From Octopus sinensis (Eukaryota): a stretch of DNA of 55,362 nt. Positions 52,121-55,362 of this stretch are shown here, piece after piece (the first letter of the stretch is position 1; each line of letters opens with the position of its first letter). The stretch spans positions 1 through 55,362 of the forward strand of contig NW_021833786.1 of the NCBI RefSeq assembly GCF_006345805.1, in the 5' to 3' direction. The translations under genes and the position numbers were made by a program. A model generated the notes under the pieces. The model ran no database searches. It had not been told where the DNA came from and was given only the letters and a program-made list of their open reading frames with translations.

Positions 52121-53506
52121 TGTATATATATATCATCATCATCATCATCGTCGTTTAGCATCCGTTTTCCATGCTAGCATGGGTTGGACGGTTCTACTGG
52201 GGTCTGTGAAGCCAGAAGGCTTCATCAGGCCCAGTCAAATCTGGCAGTGTTTCTACGGCTGGATGCCCTTCCTAACGCCAACCACTCCATGAGTGTAGTG
52301 GGTGCTTTTTACGTGCCACCCGCACATACATATATATATACATACATATATATATATACATACATATATATATATATATATATAAATAAATAGAAACATA
52401 TCTACATACACATATATATAAATATATAGATACATATATACATATACAAATAGATACATATATACATACATATATAAATAGAAACATATTATTACAAATT
52501 TCAGATTTTACCAATAGAACCGCAACTCCTATTTCGGGATAACATTATTGTATGGAATACACATACAAAGTTATATCCAATAAAATAATATAAGCATTTA
52601 AAAAACCTACTATTTATACAATATTATTTGAAAAAAAATATATAACTTACCTGTTATTAGTCTGTGGGGAAAGAAGATAATTTTAATCAATGCTATATGG
52701 GTTTCTGCGCTGGTTGGGTGTTTATCAAGGCTATACCTAATATGTAAATCCTACAACCTATCTATATAAACATTACGGGAATTAATTAATAATTTAGTGT
52801 AAGATCTATATCAGTATAAATTACCATTTTTTATGTCAAATGTAAGTTAATAGTATTTAAAAAGATTATTTAGTAAAAACCACTATATAGCTTATAAATT
52901 TATTGAATAAAACTAATAAACAAAAGATACATATATACATACATATATATACATACATAAACACACACACACACAATATATATATATACGTAAACATGTA
53001 TATGGAAAGTTAAAAGCATGTCTGAGCATGATCATTGCCAGAGCCAGGGATTGGCTGCCATGCCCGTGGCACGGAAAATGCACCATTCGAGCGTAATCGT
53101 TACCAGCGTCTTCATATTGACATGTGAAAAACAAAATTCAAGTGTGGCCGTTGCCAGTGCCACCAGACTGGCTCCCAAACACCTTTTGAGCGTGGTCGTT
53201 ACCAGAACTGCCTGACTGGCCCTCATGCCGGTGGCACATAAAAGCACCCACCGCACTCTCGGAGTGGTTGGTGTTAGGAAGGGCATCAAGCTGCAGAAGC
53301 TCTGCCAGATCAAACTGAGCCTGTTGCAGCCTTCTGGCTCACCAGTCATCAAAGTGTCCAATGGAAAGCAGATGTTAAACGACGACGATGATATATACAT
53401 ACATATATACACACACATATATATATATATATATATACATATATATATAGACACACACACTCACATACGTACATGTGGATATATGTATACATACATATAC
53501 ATATAT

Positions 53507-53760
53507 TGGAGGTGCAATGGCCCAGTGGTTAGAGCAGAGGACTCACGGTTGTAGGATGGCAGTTTCGATTCCCAGACTGGGCGCTGTGGGAGATCCTCTC
53601 TGTAATCTTTCGCCACAACTTTCTCTCACTCTTTCATCTGTTGGCCTGCTCGCTTAGCCAGTGGGGTGGCGTCATTTGAAGGCTAAAACAATGCGAAGCA
53701 CATTATGACCAGCGATGTGTAGCAACATCTGATAGCCTGGTCAGTCACGGTGATGACGGT
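53507..53760 (+). mobile_element. tRNA-derived SINE
   Basis: GGAGGTGCAATGGCCCAGTGGTTAGAGCA A-box and TTCGATTCC B-box, followed by a non-tRNA body. Confidence 0.75.
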
Positions 53761-53979
53761 AATATATACATATATACGTGTATATATATATATATATATA
53801 TAAGTATGTATCATCATCATCATCATCGTTTAGCGTCCGCTTTCCATGCTAGCATGGGTTGGACGGGTCAACTGGGGTCTGTGAAGCTGGAAGGCTTCGT
53901 CAGGCCCAGTCAGATCTGGCAGTGCTTCTACGGCTGGATGCCCCTCCTAACGCCAACCACTCCGCGAGTGCAGTGGGTG

Positions 53980-54490
53980 TTTTTTACGTGCCACCTGTAC
54001 AGGTGCCAGACAGAGCTGGCGAACGGCCACGAATGGATGGTGCTTTTACGTGTCACCGGCACGGGGCCAGGCGATGCTGGCAACGGACACGAACGGATGG
54101 TGCTTTTACGTGTCACTGGCACGGGGGCCAGCCGAGGCTGGCAACGGACGCGAACGGATGGTGCTTTTACATGCCACCGACACGGTTGCCAGACAGAGCT
54201 GGCAACGGCCACGAGCGGACGGTGCTTTTACGTGTCACCGCACGGGGGCCAGCCGAGGCTGGCAACGGACACGAACGGATGGTGCTTTTACGCGCCACCG
54301 ACACGGGGCCAGACAGAGCTGGCAACGGCCACAAACGGATGGTGCTTTTACTTGCCACCGACACGGGGCCAGACAGAGCTGGCAAACGGCCACGAACGGA
54401 CGGGCTTTTACGTGTCACCGGAACGGGCCAAGCGAGGCTGGCAACGAACACGAACGGATGGTGCTTTTACGTGCCACCGACACCAGGGCC
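53980..54490. repeat. ~60-bp minisatellite (8 units) inside an RTE 3' UTR copy
   Basis: The TTTTAC-anchored motif (GGTGCTTTTACGTG) recurs 9 times at ~60-bp spacing. Confidence 0.9.
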
Positions 54491-54546
54491 AGTGGCACGT
54501 ATATATACGTGTATATATATATATATAATATATATATATATAAAAA

Positions 54547-55325
54547 CTAGCAGCATAGCCCGGCGTTGCCCAGGTATATAAGAGCCCCTAGTAGGCAACG
54601 ACTAATCCCAATCTAGTTCTTTCCCTCTAGGGAACGAAAGCGCATGTGTAGGTTGCAATGTCTTCTCTTCACTCGAATACTTCTGTGTATACGAATGCTC
54701 CTAGCTGTCCCTTTGGGCAATAAAAAGGTCGAGTTGCATCCCCTAGACAGTCTGTGGTTTGTGTTTAATACACAAATCGGTTTGCTATATGTCCCACATA
54801 TGATTTAATTAACCGATTTTTTCCAGTAATAAAGTATCCTATTGGAATAAAAAGGGCCATATAGCTCCTTGGAGCAGACATGATGCTCACTGTGAAATTC
54901 AAAAAAAATTCCTGCCAATTTGTGAAAGATATTGTCGAAAATATGTCATCTTGAATTTGAACGTGATTTCCCTAAATGGCATGATTTTATCGATTTTTTT
55001 CTGATGGTAAGGTATTGCATGAAAAACTAACGTCAGAATTAAGTTTCTTAGGGTAACATTAAGCTTCACCATGAGTTTCGTGAAAATCGATTGCAAGTTG
55101 CGAAAACTACAACAGAAAAGCTTAGATTCTCGACCCCATGTCGAATCTATCGATTTTTTTCAGAACTGGGGGAACTTTTCAAAATTTTCACTGCGATAGT
55201 TTTGAATTATGACATTGGGCTATGTGTGTGTCAAGTTTCATCAGAATCGGTTGAAAGCCATGGTCAGGGTGAGGGTACAACCTGACAGACACACAGACAG
55301 ACAAACTGCCGTTTATATATAGAGA
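54547..55325 (-). mobile_element. Complete non-autonomous Helitron
   Basis: On the minus strand: A|TCTCTATATATAAACGGCAGTTTGTCTGTCTG...CCTGGGCAACGCCGGG hairpin...CTAG|T. This is the canonical TC/CTAG insertion at an AT site. Confidence 0.85.
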
Positions 55326-55362
55326 TATATATTTATACATATATATGTATGTGTGTGTGTAT

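Noticed and set aside
53806-54581. Two 240-aa ORFs and a CRISPR-like appearance
   Set aside because: This is a tandem minisatellite without unique spacers or cas genes, in a eukaryotic retroelement 3' UTR.

Overview
Eukaryotic, AT-rich, very repeat-dense genomic DNA. The SINE families, the RTE 3' ends and the (GATA)n/(TA)n/(CT)n load look like an Octopus (coleoid cephalopod) genome; this is inferred from pattern recognition, not a search. Only two host genes are supportable, both on the minus strand: MRPS33 (two coding exons, 104 aa, plus a spliced 5' UTR) and the last coding exon of a Rab32/38/29-family GTPase that is most like RAB29. Most of the rest is transposon-derived: Penelope-like (RT + GIY-YIG), Tx1/L1, two CR1-group LINEs (one near-intact), an L2/Crack relic, RTE and Hero/RLE fragments, Tc1, a Chapaev-like fossil, hAT and piggyBac-type MITEs, Helitrons and several tRNA-derived SINEs. 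The best leads are five. (1) A 1.38-kb foldback element with ~570-bp arms and an exact 8-bp TSD (Merlin-like), probably inside the MRPS33 5' intron. (2) A Tx1 element sitting inside a (GATA)n microsatellite. (3) A 118-bp SINE-head tandem array. (4) A decayed minimal hammerhead ribozyme at the Penelope 3' end. (5) A locally templated inverted copy at a LINE 5' junction. I found no evidence of a wholly new multi-gene system. Most ORFs in the supplied track are microsatellite artefacts. TE and SINE boundaries are approximate unless a TSD or terminal motif is quoted.
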